DNA of 64,000 nt from Octopus sinensis (taxonomy: Eukaryota), in the NCBI RefSeq assembly GCF_006345805.1, contig NC_043009.1, positions 9,052,001 through 9,116,000 on the forward strand, in the 5' to 3' direction. The position numbers and the translations under genes were made by a program. The notes under the pieces were generated by a model, which was given only the letters and a program-made list of their open reading frames with translations, ran no database searches and was not told the DNA's origin. Positions 25,304 to 38,206 of this stretch are shown here, piece by piece (position 1 is the first letter of the stretch; every line of letters starts with the position of its first letter).

Positions 25304-25320
25304 ATGTATGTATGTGTGTG

Positions 25321-25352
<32 letters not shown>

Positions 25353-25385
25353 GTATGTATGTACGTACGTGTGTGTGTGTGTGTT
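25237..25385. repeat. (TA)n/(TG)n microsatellite
   Basis: Seen directly. Confidence 0.9.
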
Positions 25386-25519
25386 TGTGTGTATGGATGA
25401 GGACAGCTGTGTAAAGAAGTGCTGATCTCTAACTGGAGGGAACCTGTGGTACAGGTAGACCCAGGAAGACACACGGGACGAGGTGGTGAACCACGATCTT
25501 CGGACTTTGAACCTCACAG

Positions 25520-25773
25520 AGGCAATGACTAGTGACCGAGACCTTTGGCGATGTGCTCTGCTTAAGAGGACCTGTCAAGCCAAGTGCACCCGTGCTGGTG
25601 GTATGTAAAAGCAAACTCTTGGAGTGATTGGTATTAGGAAGGGCATCCAGCCATAGAAAACCATGCCAAATCAGACTGGAGCCTGGTGCAGCCTTCCAGT
25701 GTGCCAGCCCAGTCAAACTGTCCAACCCATGCCAGCATGGACAACAGCCATTGAATGATGATGATGATGATGA
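25520..25773 (+). mobile_element. family A copy
   Basis: Core and (GAT)n tail. Confidence 0.7.
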
Positions 25774-26436
25774 TATATATATATATAATCATCATTTTAA
25801 TGTCCACTTTTCTTTGCAAACATGGGTTGGACAGAGCTTATTAAAGCAGGTATTTTTTTATGGCCAGGTGCCCTTCCTGCTACCAACCTCCACCTGTTTC
25901 CAATCAAGGTAATATTTCCTCATGGCTGGAGGTGTTTTTCCAGCATATTGGAAATGGACACTCATCTACAACTACCATGCAATGTCAAGATAAGGAGACA
26001 CAAAACACACACTGTTTACCAGTGGCATGGCATAGAAGTAATGTCATAGAAGTAATGTTGTTCATTTCCAGTCTTCTGTGAAGAAAACCTGTCTGGCCCA
26101 CGGAAAAACATTACCTTGCTTGGAAACTGGTGAGGATTGGTGATAAGTACATTTGGCCATAGAAGATCTGCATCAACGAATTCCATCTGATCACCATCAT
26201 TATCATTAACATTTAACAACAGTTTTCCATGCTTTGACAGCTTAGCAGGAACTGGCAAGGCCAAGGTTGCACCAAGTTCCACAGTCTATTTTGGCTTGGT
26301 TCCTATAGCTGGATGCTCTTCCAAATGCCAACCACTTTATAGAGAGTGTACTGGGTGCTTTTTGCATGGCACCAGCACTAGTGCTTTTTACATGGCACCT
26401 TGGTTTTAGGATCTTATTTCTGTTGTGCGGACATTA

Positions 26437-26692
26437 AATCATCATCATCATCATCGTTTAACATCCATTTTCCATGCTAGCACAGGTTGGACGGTTCGAC
26501 TGGGGTCTGGGAAGCCAGGAGGCTGTACCAGGCTCCAGTCTGATCTGGCAGTGTTTTTACAGCTGGATGCCATTCCTAACGCCAACCACTCCGTGAGTGT
26601 AGTGGGTGCTTTTTACGTGCCACTGACGCAGGTGCCAGGGGAGGCTGGCAGCGGCCACGATTGGTTGGTGCTTTTTACGTGCCTCTGGCACA
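26437..26692 (-). mobile_element. family A copy
   Basis: (CAT)n and reverse-complement core. Confidence 0.78.
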
Positions 26693-27306
26693 AGCCATAA
26701 TGTTGATAATAATAATGATGATGATGATGTTTGTATGTATGTAAGTAGCTCATTTGTTCAAAAGGAAAATGCATAGTCTTATTTTAGATGATGGTTAAAT
26801 GTCAAATAGTTTACAATTCACTGTTATAAGTTCTCAGGTCTAAATATAAACTGTTTGTTATGTAAATGTTACTACATTCGAGATACTAGTATTCATTTCA
26901 TGACTGAAATATTTCATGGAAACTCGGTTGACCTTAGTGGGTGGGCACGGGGTTGGGGGTAAGCGGGGGGGAGCTTTCTGTCGCTTTGATCCTCTACACC
27001 AAATCTCTTTGTGAAGAGGGTACAGCTGTGAGTGTGTGTAGTAGGTATGTGTAGGGGGGGGGCACGTCCTGATTGCTGTTGCACCGAAGGCATCATGTGC
27101 CGACATGTTCTTTAATCAATTGTAGAGAACGTGTTAGCACGTGTGAAAAACGGGGTGTGGCTGCTTGTCAGATTGGTGGATGATAACCACACACACACAC
27201 ACACAGAAAAAAAACCCAGCTGTGTAATATGTACTGACTTTCCTACTTGTAAGGCTCTTTCCCCCCCCTCCCCTCACCCAGACAGGCACATACACGCATG
27301 CGTGTG

Positions 27307-27340
<34 letters not shown>

Positions 27341-27679
27341 TATACATACACACATACACAAACGTTAAACATCCTGTAAGTCTGTCAGATTCCAGAATAT
27401 TAAATATTTAATTGCCACCTTATTTAATGGGGCAGCGTGTATGATACACATGCAAACACACATGCACAAACACACACAATCATTTACGTTAAAGGGGGAA
27501 GGGAAAGGAGGGGGGTTGTCAAAAGAATGTGCAACAACATGATGCTAAAATACAAACTGGTATTTAATCACGATACACCTAAGTAAATTTTTTGTAGGTC
27601 ACAGCTTTATTTTTTTAAAAAGAAATAATTATGATTTCAGTATTTTCCATCATTTCCATGTAAATCCTGGTTTTGGAAA

Positions 27680-27982
27680 CTCTTTTACTCTTTTACTTGT
27701 TTCAGTCATTTGACTGTGGCCATGCTGGAGCACCGCCTTTTAGTCGAGCGAATCGACCCCAGGACTTATTCTTTGTAAGCCTAGTACTTATTCGATCTGT
27801 CTCTTTTGCCGAACCGCTAAGCTACGGGGATGTAAACACACCAGCATCGGTTGTCAAACGATGTGGGGGGACAAAGACAGATACACAAACATATACACAC
27901 ACATACATATACATATATATATACATATATACGACAGGCTTCTTTCAGTTTCTGTCTACCAAATCCACTCACAAGGCTTTGG
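27680..27982 (-). mobile_element. family B SINE, 5'-truncated
   Basis: Reverse-complement match. Confidence 0.75.
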
Positions 27983-28534
27983 TACCAGTTGAACACTGGA
28001 GTTGATGTAATCAACTTAACCCCTCCCCCCAGAATTGCTGGCATTCTACCAAAATTTGGAACCATTATTTGGCAGGGGGCTGGCAGATTCATTAGAATGT
28101 TGGACTAAAAATTCCTAGCAGCATGTCTTCTGATTCTTTACTTTCTAAATTCAAATTCTGCTGTGGTCATCTTTGCCTTTTGTTCTTTCGGGGTCAGTGA
28201 AATAAATACCAGTTGAGTCTTGAGGGTTGATATAATCGACAATCTCTGCTTTCCCTAAAATTGTTGGTCTTTATGTTACTTGCAAGTTCAAGTTCTGCTG
28301 AGGTCAATTTTACATCCTTTAGAGCCAATAAAAGAAAGTACCATTCAAGTATTGGGGGTCAATGTAATTGACTAGCCTTTCATCCTTCTGGGGTTGATAA
28401 AGTAAAATACCTGTCAAGTACTTGGGTTGCTTTATTATCAACTCCCCTCATTTTCCTGAATTTCTGGTGTTGTGCCTATATTTCATTCGAAGTTCAATTC
28501 CAGTGAGGTTACATTTGCCTTTCAACATTTTCGG

Positions 28535-28805
28535 GGTCAATAAAATAAAGGACCAGTCATGCTTTGGGATTGATTTAATCAGGTATATGCTTTCTAAAAA
28601 AAAACCAAAAGAAAAAGCAAACTTTTGTATGTTTTTATTATAGGACTAGCACTATGACCCGGCAACGCTAGGTCAATAAAATAAAGGACCAGTCATGCTT
28701 TGAGATTGATTTAATCAGGTATATGCTTTCTAAAAAAAAACAAAAGAAAAAGCAAACTTTTGTATGTTTTTATTATAGGACTAGCACTATGACCCGGCAA
28801 CGCCG
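28535..28805. repeat. 136-bp tandem duplication
   Basis: ggtcaataaaataaagg...gacccggcaacgc starts at 28535 and 28671. Confidence 0.9.
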
Positions 28806-29144
28806 GGTCATAGTGCTAGTGCATGCATATACAGCTGGGTGCGTGTGCACATGCACGTGAGTACTGTCCAAATCTCCGACCAATCACATACAGCTAGCTG
28901 GCATTCAATTGGCATATCAAGTTTCAGGCATTTTGATTGGGTTTTGGATAGAAAATTCACAAAAAAGTCATTTCTATTGATTTTTTAATGGCTTTGCGGA
29001 GTGACTGGGGAAATGTAAAGATGTGCACGGCCACCCTTGGACGGTTTTGAATGACCATAGAAAGTGCGAGCCCTCTAACTGAAAAATTGTGGATTTGTAT
29101 AAAGGACACACACACAGACATTTTGCCGTTTATATATATATAGA
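28781..29144 (-). mobile_element. non-autonomous Helitron (second family)
   Basis: Minus strand A|TCTATATATA...CTAG|T; 19-bp-stem terminal hairpin actagcactatgacccggc-aac-gccgggtcatagtgctagt. Confidence 0.82.
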
Positions 29145-29389
29145 TAGATAATTGAAAATAATGAATAGATAGAACAGCAGGCAGAAGACTTTAAATTTTG
29201 ACTTCGAATCCTGTTCAAGGTGTCTTTGTCTGTCATTTTCTCAGAGTTAATAAAATAATTATTAGTCATGTGCTGATATTATTTCAGTTGATCCGACCCT
29301 ACCATTCAAGTTGGTAGGCTTGTGCCAGTGTAAAAAAAATCAGTATCCAATGATATTTATTATTCTATAATAATAATAAAAAAATATTC

Positions 29390-29804
29390 AGATCTTTTAG
29401 GTTTGAACGGCAGTTTTTAACATAATTTCTAGGTAACTAAAAAATTTTAAACTTCCTATACTGGTAGAATGTGTTTATAGAACATCTTTTTCTCTTGGCT
29501 TTATTGAAAAAATTCTATAGTTTGTAAGATATTTGTTGTTTTTTTTCTTCAATTTCTGCAATTTCAACCAATCACTGACGTCCATTGAGGTAAAAAAACA
29601 TTCTGTGCCGTATGAATATGTCCCTCGTTTAAGAAGCAGATTGGGTTTATTTACATTTGTGAAGAAAAAAGATACCCTTCCCCCTACCCCTAATCCTAAC
29701 CCTAACCCATTAAAATGCAATAGATTGATACTAGGGTCATAATTATGGGTGACAATTTCATATGACACCGTTAGAAAAAACTTCCGTTCAAACCGAAAAG
29801 ATCC
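29390..29804. mobile_element. hAT-type MITE with internal telomere-like CCCTAA units
   Basis: TIR gatcttttcggtttgaacggcagttttt; exact 8-bp TSD aaatattc. Confidence 0.85.
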
Positions 29805-29931
29805 AAATATTCTGTGTTTTAATGCTCCCCATCTCCTTTATCAAAAATTTAAATGTTTTTAATGACTGATCAACATTTTGATATTTAAGGTTGACTGATT
29901 GTTTATTATATTATTTATGTTTATTGTGCAG

Positions 29932-31289
29932 ATACCAGAGGCAAGATTTTCTGTACCTGAAGTATCTTTGATATTTAATGATACGAGTCAAGCTTCACTT
30001 CAACGAAAATGTCATGATAACTCTTCTCATACAGTGCCAAATAAAATTCCACCACCATCACCATCACCATCACATTACAGCTCTCCTGTTTGTACACAAG
30101 GCTTACCATCGTTGCCAATGAGAAATTCATATCCGAGTTCAAAGGCTGGCAATGCGATATATTCTGCTTCTTTAGCACCAACGCAATTCTGCCAGCAACC
30201 CAGCAAACCGTTGATGTACTCAGGAGTCCCCATTAATCAAAACATTACAACAGATGGTAACATGTATACAAATCACCCTACGCTGCAACCCCTACCCAAC
30301 AGAAACCCATTACCAGTTTCTGAATATAATAGATCTGTCTACCCTTCCCCTATACCCTTTCCAAACAAAGAGATTATGCAGGGATCGAACTCAGAGCAGC
30401 ATCCTCATTTCCAATATTACCCTCAAAATAATCTAATTCCACTTCCAAACTCATATACTCATCATCCGAAGCCAGTAATGGACAGCATGTCCAATACCTC
30501 TCCATATGGACCTTTCCCTTCCCAACCAAACTTTATGAAGCCATCTCCCTGCTTCACATCCCCTGTAATGTGTGAAAGGTACCATATGGTCAATTCTCAT
30601 CCCATGCCACCCCATTCATCAATGTCAACATATCCACAGACCGCTATTGACAAGCTACCTAGTTTGCCCTCATGCCCTTGTTGTGTTGTTCAGCCAAACC
30701 CTTCATACCATCACACAAGTACACCGACCATTCCCCCTCCTCCAAACCAAGCTCCTGTCGTCAATGTCTGTCAGGGACACGAAAAAAACATAAACTGTGT
30801 TGCTTCTCACATTCAGTGCCTTGACAAACACGACCAGGAAATCACTGTTGAAAAACTGCAACAGACTAAACTGAACACAATTAATAGTTCCAACAGTTCT
30901 TACAGCAATACTCCACCAAATAACTCATGCAACTCTGTAAAAGAGAACCCAGGTGCTAGGCAACATGAAAACAGTGTAATAGAGGTATCGGAAGATCAGA
31001 ACTTCAGAGCTAGTAAAGACAGTGGTCTCAGTGAAAGTCCTGACTCTTCGCAGGAAACTGATCCACAGTTATCCAAAATTCAGAGAGACAGTATTCCTCC
31101 AGAAATATATCGGTTACTAATGCAACAAAGTGCTGAGCTGCAAGAACTTAAAGCTCAAATTCAGCAGATGAAAATTGATCAAAACTCAGCGATGGCTTTC
31201 AATCAGTCCCTCAATCCATGTTCTTCTTGTTCATCTGTTGTCTCGGCAAAGAGTGAGTCTTCAGAATCAAAAGCATCTTCAGAAAAAAG
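29932..31289 (+). CDS. STIL: STIL large central exon (Pro/Ser-rich region plus central coiled coil)
   Basis: gtgcag|ATA; begins IPEARFSVPEVSLIFND (human IQPSVPELSLVLD) and contains PPEIYRLLMQQSAELQELKAQIQQM (human [25 protein letters not shown]). 3' end is 31289 or alternatively 31252. Confidence 0.92.
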
Positions 31290-31892
31290 GTTTTTATATT
31301 GTTTTTTTTTTCATATGGATTTTATATTTCTTTTTTCTTCATATTTATCTTAAAATTCTTATATCATATATCAGGTGTAGGCATGGCTGTGTGGTAATAT
31401 GTGGTAAGAAACTTGCTTTCAGGTTGAGTGCCACCTTGGGCAAGTGTCTTCTACTATGGCCTCAGGTTGACCACACACACACACACACACACACACACAA
31501 TGGGCTTCCTCTCACCTGTCTCCCAAATTCACTCAAGGCTATAGTAGAAGATGCTTGCTCAAGGTGTCATGCAGTGGGACTGAACTTGAGACCACATGGT
31601 TTGAAAGCAAACTTTTTAACCACACAGCAACACATGTCAAAACAAATATTTTTATTATTTAGTACTTGTCTTAGTGCCAACCACCCACTGAGGTAGGAGT
31701 GGTGTTTTTGTTAGCTAAACAAACTGAGGTAATTAGAATAATATGTCTTAATCGCTGTAGTTAAAGTATTAATCTCGTGATCAAGAGGTTAATGGTTCAG
31801 GAAGTTAAACCTTACAGAACATTGTTAAAATTTATTTCAGATATTTAAAAAAATAATTTTATCTACTTTGTATTGTTGTTTTTCTCATTCAG

Positions 31893-32075
31893 TGTAGAAA
31901 GGTACTCTGTTGGTGTAAACACATCATTCCAGACATCAGCATCACCAAACAACTTAATTAATCTTCAGACATCTCCAAAATCTCCGCTGAAGACCAAAGC
32001 TGATATTTTTCCTCCTGTTTCTGCACCAACTGCTTCAAAAATGGGACCATCTTCATCTGTTTCAAGCCAGACTTG
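31893..32075 (+). CDS. STIL: STIL coding exon
   Basis: cattcag|...ACTTG|gtagga. VERYSVGVNTSFQ...SSQTW; phase-compatible with both neighbours. Confidence 0.82.
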
Positions 32076-32278
32076 GTAGGAATTGGTATTTTCTAACATC
32101 TAAAGTACATACTGTACTCCACCAAAGGGCAGTATGTTAAGGCACTATCATCTTATTTCTCTTTCCAGTTCCAAATAAATTACTTCCACCCACTCTTCTA
32201 TAACATGAGCAGCCCTGTATCTCTCCCACTGCAAGAAACCTGTTCTGTCACATTCCCTCATACTCTAACCTTTTGTCA

Positions 32279-32641
32279 TCCCTATATATATAAACGGCAA
32301 AATGTCTGCGTGTGTGTCCTTTATACAAATCTACAATTTTTCAGTTAGAGGGCTCGCACTTTCTATGGTCATTCAAAACCGTCCAAGGGTGGTCGTGCAC
32401 ATCTTCACATTTCCCCAGTCACCCGCAAAGCTATTAAAAAATCAATAGAAGTGACTTTTTTGTGAATTTTCTATCCAAAACCCAATCAAAATGCCCGAAA
32501 CTTCATACGCCAATTGAATGCCAGCTAGCTGTATGTGATTGGTTGGAGATTTGGACAGTACTCGCGAGTATATGTGCACGCACGCAGCTGTATATGCATG
32601 CACTAGCACTATGACCTGGCGTTGCTGGGTCATAGCGCTAG
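32279..32641 (+). mobile_element. non-autonomous Helitron, same family as 28781-29144
   Basis: tc...tatatatataaacggcaaaatgtc...atgacctggcgttgctgggtcatagcgCTAG|T. Confidence 0.8.
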
Positions 32642-33214
32642 TCTAGCATAAAACTCTCTCTCCCTCTTTACTGTAGCTCTATTCAGCTGATTGGGATCTT
32701 AGTCTTGTGAGCTACATAGAAACTCTACTTGTGCTGGTGCCATGAAAAAAAAAGTACTCGGTGCACTTTGTAAAGTGGTTGTCTTTAGGAAGAGCATCCA
32801 GCCATAGAAACCCTGCTAAAGCAGCATAATGCAGTCCTCCGTCCTATCAGATCTTGTCAAACCTTCCAACCCATTCCAGAATGGCAAATGGATATTAAAA
32901 GATGGTGATCACGATGATGACGTTATAGCTTAGACTCATTCTACAATTGACGTGTTAAACAAAACATTGGGAAAGCAGTTTTAAAGCAGTTTTCCATGGG
33001 ATATTATTATTATTATAATGAGCTGTTTATTCATCCTACCACAGCTATTTTGATGGACTGTATTTGTCAGATTTTCTGGGTTGCCTAGCAACTTTGACTT
33101 CCTGTTGAAGTATGTGTATGTAAGACACACACACACACACACACACACAAGTATCACAGCATTGTGTTTAACGGGATCTGTATGTTGTAATATTTTTGAT
33201 GTTTCATTTCTTAG

Positions 33215-33385
33215 GCCTCCACATCATGAAACTGATGGCTCCTACACTCTGGCCACGACAGAATTTTCCCATGGGGAGGATTTCTCTGCTGTTGCTCAGT
33301 GCCTCTCTGTTAACCAGAAGTCTGCAGAGAGCTTCCATTCTGATTTAGTTTTGGACCTACCCAGCTATCAGACATCCTTATCCAG
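33215..33385 (+). CDS. STIL: STIL coding exon
   Basis: ttcttag|...TCCAG|gtacag. PPHHETDGS...SDLVLDLPSYQTSLSR; phases 2/2. Confidence 0.8.
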
Positions 33386-33487
33386 GTACAGTGTATTTAT
33401 GTAGTTTTTTTTTTTGTTTTTCAATAATCTCCACCCTCAACATTGGTACATGACCTTAGAGCTTTTGGTCCACTACATGATTAGCTA

Positions 33488-33710
33488 TTTCTTTACTGCC
33501 CACAAGGAGCTAAACACAGAAGGGACAAACAAGGACAGACATAGGTATTAAGTCGATTACATCGACCCCAGTGCGTAACCGGTACTTAATTTATCGACCC
33601 CGAAAGGATGAAAGGCAAAGTGGACCTTGGCGGAATTTGAACCCAGAACGTAACGGCAGACGAAATACGGCTACGCATTTCGCCCGGCGTGCTAACGGTT
33701 CTGCCAGGTC
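33488..33710 (-). mobile_element. family C SINE
   Basis: Reverse-complement match to the 20212 unit. Confidence 0.78.
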
Positions 33711-34338
33711 GTAGCATTGGTGTACAAAGATAAAAGGCAGACTAGACTCTGGCATTTGATTTGGACTTAAAACATACAAAATTAAAAGCTGTTAGGAATC
33801 TGGTGCAATGCTCTGCAATTTGCATATCTCTTCCTCTTAAGACAAAATTACTAATTTTTTAATACTATGTCTCGAAGAAGAAAAAGTCAACTGAGTTTCT
33901 TTCACTATTTTACAGCCCTTTTTTCTGTACTTGTATTATTGGTGGGGGCTCCTAAAAAGTTTGATATTTGCATAATGGTAAAGGGATTAGACTTAGCTTT
34001 TGTATGGAATAATTCCACCCCTGCTGGAGATGTAACAACATTATAGTGTAAGCATACACATTGGTTTGGCCTTGCTCTGACCCCTACTGATGGAAGTGAG
34101 ACACAATACATGCAACTGAAATCATAGTGAACCCAGACCTCATACCGTTTCACATCTGATTGCCTTGTGTGTCTTTTCTTGAATTCTAACTTGAAGGCAA
34201 TGTCTGCAGATATTCCACTATTTTGGATTTGAGACATATCTTAATGTTAAATAATTCAGCTGCAAATGACTGTCTTATCTCTTATCAACTAAAGAAAGAG
34301 CGACAATCATAAATTAGCTAATTTTTGTATGTTTTTAA

Positions 34339-34990
34339 CCCTTTAGCATTCAAATTATTCTGTCAAATGTAACACTTAATTATTCACATGTCTTTGAATT
34401 TATCTTACATTATCTTGTAGACTTGAGATTTCGATTATGTGACTAAATTTTTTAGACTAACATTATAGGGTAGGTGTGAGAGGCTGGATCTGGCCAGTTT
34501 GAATCATCATCATCATTTAATGTCTGCTTTCCATGCTAGCATGGGTTGGATGATTTGACTGAGGTCTGGCGAACCAGACTCCAATCTGATCTGGCAGAGT
34601 TTCTACAGCTGGATGCCCTTCCTAATGCCAACCACTCCGAGAGTGTAGTAGGTGCTTTTACGTGCCAGTTTGGTGGTACTTGCAATGACCACGCCCAAAT
34701 GGTGCTTTTTACGTGCCACCTGCACAGGAGCCAGTCCAGCGACACTGGCGACGACCTCGCTCGAATGTTTCTCATGCCACCAGCACAAGTGCTAGTAAGG
34801 CGACGCGGTAACGATCACGCTCGAATGGTGTGCTTAAACGTGCCATCGGCACGAAGGCCAGCTTGTTGCTCTGGCAACGATCTCAATCACATGGTACTCT
34901 TAGCGCTCCACTAGCAATGGATGCCAGTCACCGAGTTATAAAACAGAAAGAATATTTTGGCAGGATGTGGCCAGTTTAAATGCTAAGGTG
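34339..34990. mobile_element. piggyBac-type MITE with a nested family A copy (34505-34905, minus)
   Basis: ttaa|ccctttagc start; same MITE as 11570, opposite orientation. Confidence 0.68.
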
Positions 34991-35179
34991 ACAAATATAA
35001 TTCTATTTAAAACAAAACTTGTGATAGGTAAGGCATTAATAACTTGTGTAAATAAATGTACTAATTAAAATATACTTTTCCTGTATGTATTCTGTTAATA
35101 TATGTATATGATATGCTTAAACACACATCATTAATTTGGATGTCTTCTTAAAGGATTGTGTTTAATTATTGCATTTCAG

Positions 35180-35270
35180 ATCTTCAGACCATCAAGCCAT
35201 CGAAGGAGGACAAACTTCTGAGTCTACCAACAGCTTAGTGAGTGCCAGCATGTGTGCCAAAAGAACTTCG
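35180..35270 (+). CDS. STIL: STIL coding exon
   Basis: atttcag|...TCG|gtaagt. SSDHQAIEGGQTSESTNSLVSASMCAKRTS; phases 2/0. Confidence 0.78.
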
Positions 35271-35384
35271 GTAAGTTTTGGTAACATCTTAATCAGTGTT
35301 GAAATACTTAACAAAGAGAAATACATTTGTCGTAATTACATCCAGCCAAACGGGAGCATGTGTTTTAAATTAGTTTATCTTATA

Positions 35385-35595
35385 TCTTCTACTTGTTTCA
35401 GTCATTAGACTGCGGCCATGCTGTGCTATTGCCTTGAAGAATTTTAGTCAAACTTATCAACCCGAGTACTAATTACGTTTTTGTAGAGCCTGGTACTTAT
35501 TGTATTAGTCTCCTTTGGTGAACCTCTAAGTTACAGAGATGTAAACACCAACACCGGTTGTTAAGCAGTGGTTGGGGACAAACACTTACATAAAG

Positions 35596-35628
<33 letters not shown>

Positions 35629-36080
35629 ATACAAAATGGGACAAGAACGCAAAACATCCAAATAGACGATACAAAAATATGCACGGGTCATTCGAAGCCT
35701 TTAATCTTCAGTCAAGAACCGGATCATCCTCACAATTTTGGCTGATTAATCTTGAGATTGCTCCAATCTGGCCAGCCCCAAGGAAAAACTAAGCTAAGAG
35801 CATTAGATTCCTCGGAAAAAGGATCGAATGTGTATGAAACAAGGACAGAAAAATGGACGATGTTACATGAATATAAATTCAAAAAAACGAAAAATAATAC
35901 GAATATAAATGCAAAAAGACAATAATGGGCTTCTTTCAGTTTCTGTCTACCAAATCCATTCACAAGGCTTTGGTTGGCCCAAGACTATCGTAGGGGATAC
36001 TTGCCCAAGGTTCCATGCCGTGGGACTGAACCCAGAACTATGTGGTTGGGAAGCAAACTTCTTACCACACAGCCACACCT
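35385..36080 (-). mobile_element. family B SINE split by an unrelated insert of about 300 bp (about 35625-35920)
   Basis: 3' and 5' halves flank the insert at the internal microsatellite. Confidence 0.68.
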
Positions 36081-36344
36081 ACCATATATGGTGTTTATAT
36101 TCCATGTTTATTAAAGGTTTATAATTAGAGAAACAAATTTCACATAGTATCTTTTAACCTTTTTTGATGGCAAATCACCCGAGATGGTTTCTTGCTTTAG
36201 GATACAAAGCAGCCTGTTTTAAAGTGTTCTTATTTAAACTAAAGCCTTTTCTCATAATTTCTATGTGAGAACATTTTAGTTATGCTTCCCATGACTTTCG
36301 GAAACATTTTTTCACCCTAAGAGTTGCTGAAGCAGGGAACAAAC

Positions 36345-36585
36345 TGCTGGCATCAGTTATTAGTTGTCGGAGCACTGCATCCTTCAAAACTTCCATGCTT
36401 CCTGAGATTCGCCAACACTACACCTGATTTTCTCCCCTCCATACACACGCAAGCATGTATCTGACTCATACACTGTTCACTTCCCAGACATTTGTACATT
36501 ACTGCATATACTCTATACGCACTTTCTGACAAGTTGTGGTGCAACTGAGCACTGTATACAATAATTTCATTATTATTATTATTAA
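36345..36585 (+). mobile_element. LINE 3' end (CR1/L2-like) with (ATT)n tail
   Basis: ASFKTSMLPEIRQHYT* followed by 3' UTR; second copy at 59630-59830 on minus. Confidence 0.6.
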
Positions 36586-37739
36586 TGATGGAGAAATTAG
36601 TTATTTTACTAAATCCTTTCAAATTCTCGAGTAATTGAAAAAGTGTTAATTGAAACATATGATCTCTAATTGTGGAGGGAGCATGTGGAAGGGGTAGACC
36701 CAGGAAGACATGAGATGAAGTAGTGAGAAAGGATCTTCAGACGTTGGGCTTTGTAGAGGAGGAGATGACAAGGGATCACGGCTCCTGGTGGCTTGCTGTG
36801 GATGAGAAGACATATCAAACTAAGTAAAATCGGGATTGTCCTTTCATACAGGCATGTCCCCTGCATCTCTCTTCAGCTGAGCAATCCTAATCTTGTGAGA
36901 TCTTGGGGTGCTGGTACCACGTGAGAGGCACCCAGTACACTTTGTAGAGTGGTTGGTGTTAGGAAGGACATCCAATCCTAGAAACCACAACAAAACGGAT
37001 ATGGAACCTGGGCAGCTCCTCAGCTGGTCAGCCTCCTGTCAAACTGTCCAACCCATGCCAGCATGGAAAACGGATGTTAAATGATGATGGTAACGATGAT
37101 GAAGATATGAATAATGTCTTTTGTTAAAAATATGGTCATGAATGGGTTGATGAAAATTATTTATTAAAGTAGTGAGAATTTTATTAAATTGATACAGGAT
37201 TTAAAAAATGCTTTAGACTCATCCAACCCATGCCAGCATGGAAAAATAGATGTTAAAATAGTGATCATAATGTATTGGTGTTGGGTTTCAGGAGTTCACA
37301 GTACATAATCTTTTCCTTTCTTTGTCTGTCTCTCATCTTGTTTGTCTTATAAAAAAATGATAATGATATTGGTGTGTGAATCATCCACCTCTTCTTCATC
37401 ATCGTTTTATGTTTGTTTTCCTTCCCGGCTTCTTCCAGTTCAGCATCTTTACTTATACCAACTGATACATATACCAACAAAGGAAACTGCTTATCTTTGC
37501 TGTTGTTATTTTTGTGGTTGTTGTCATCATCATCATCGTTTAACGTCCGCTTTCCATGCTAGCATGGGTTGGACGGTTTGACTGAGGGCTGGTGAACCAG
37601 ATGGCTGCACCAGGCTCCAATCTTGATCTGGCAAGATCAAGATTGGATGTATGTCATAATTTTTGGTGGTAGCTATAATTTATTCAAGCCTCTGTGATAA
37701 CTGGCAAATATATATTTTGTAATGCATACCTTGTAATGC

Positions 37740-38206
37740 GTACCTTTTCCTTCTTTGGACACTAAAACTCTGCTTGCGAAGACCTGTTGAGGCAAGTGAA
37801 ATCAAAATCAAATTTGATGACTGATGTCCATGCTAGCAGGATGCAAAGAGCACCATATGAGTGTGATCATTGACAGAGCGGCTAACTGGCTTCCATGCCA
37901 GTGGCACATAACAGACACCATTTGAGCGTGATGGTTACCAGCATCGCCTTACTGGCACCTGTGCTGGTGGCATTTGTAAAAGATTCGAGCGAGGTCGTTG
38001 CCAGTACCACCCGACTGGCCCCGTGCCTGTGGCATGTAAAAGCACCCGCTACACTCTTGGAGTGGTTGGCGTTAGGAAGGGCATCCAGCTGTAGAAACTC
38101 TGCCAGATCAAGATTGAAGCCTGGTGCAGCCATCTGGTTCACCAACCCTCAGTCAAATCGTCCAACCCATGCTAGCATGGAAAGTGGACGTTAAACGATG
38201 ATGATG
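37740..38206 (+). mobile_element. family A retroposon, long copy
   Basis: Shares upstream ctttggacac...gaggcaagtg with the 4015 copy; a short inverted copy lies at 37524-37632. Confidence 0.78.

Noticed and set aside
29899-31353. 484-aa ORF as a standalone gene
   Set aside because: It is the large STIL exon plus intronic read-through; splice sites and homology place it in the multi-exon model.
35690-35800. CTGAAGA and a GGCTG/CAGCC stem on the minus strand
   Set aside because: The elements are in the wrong order or spacing to assemble a hammerhead core.
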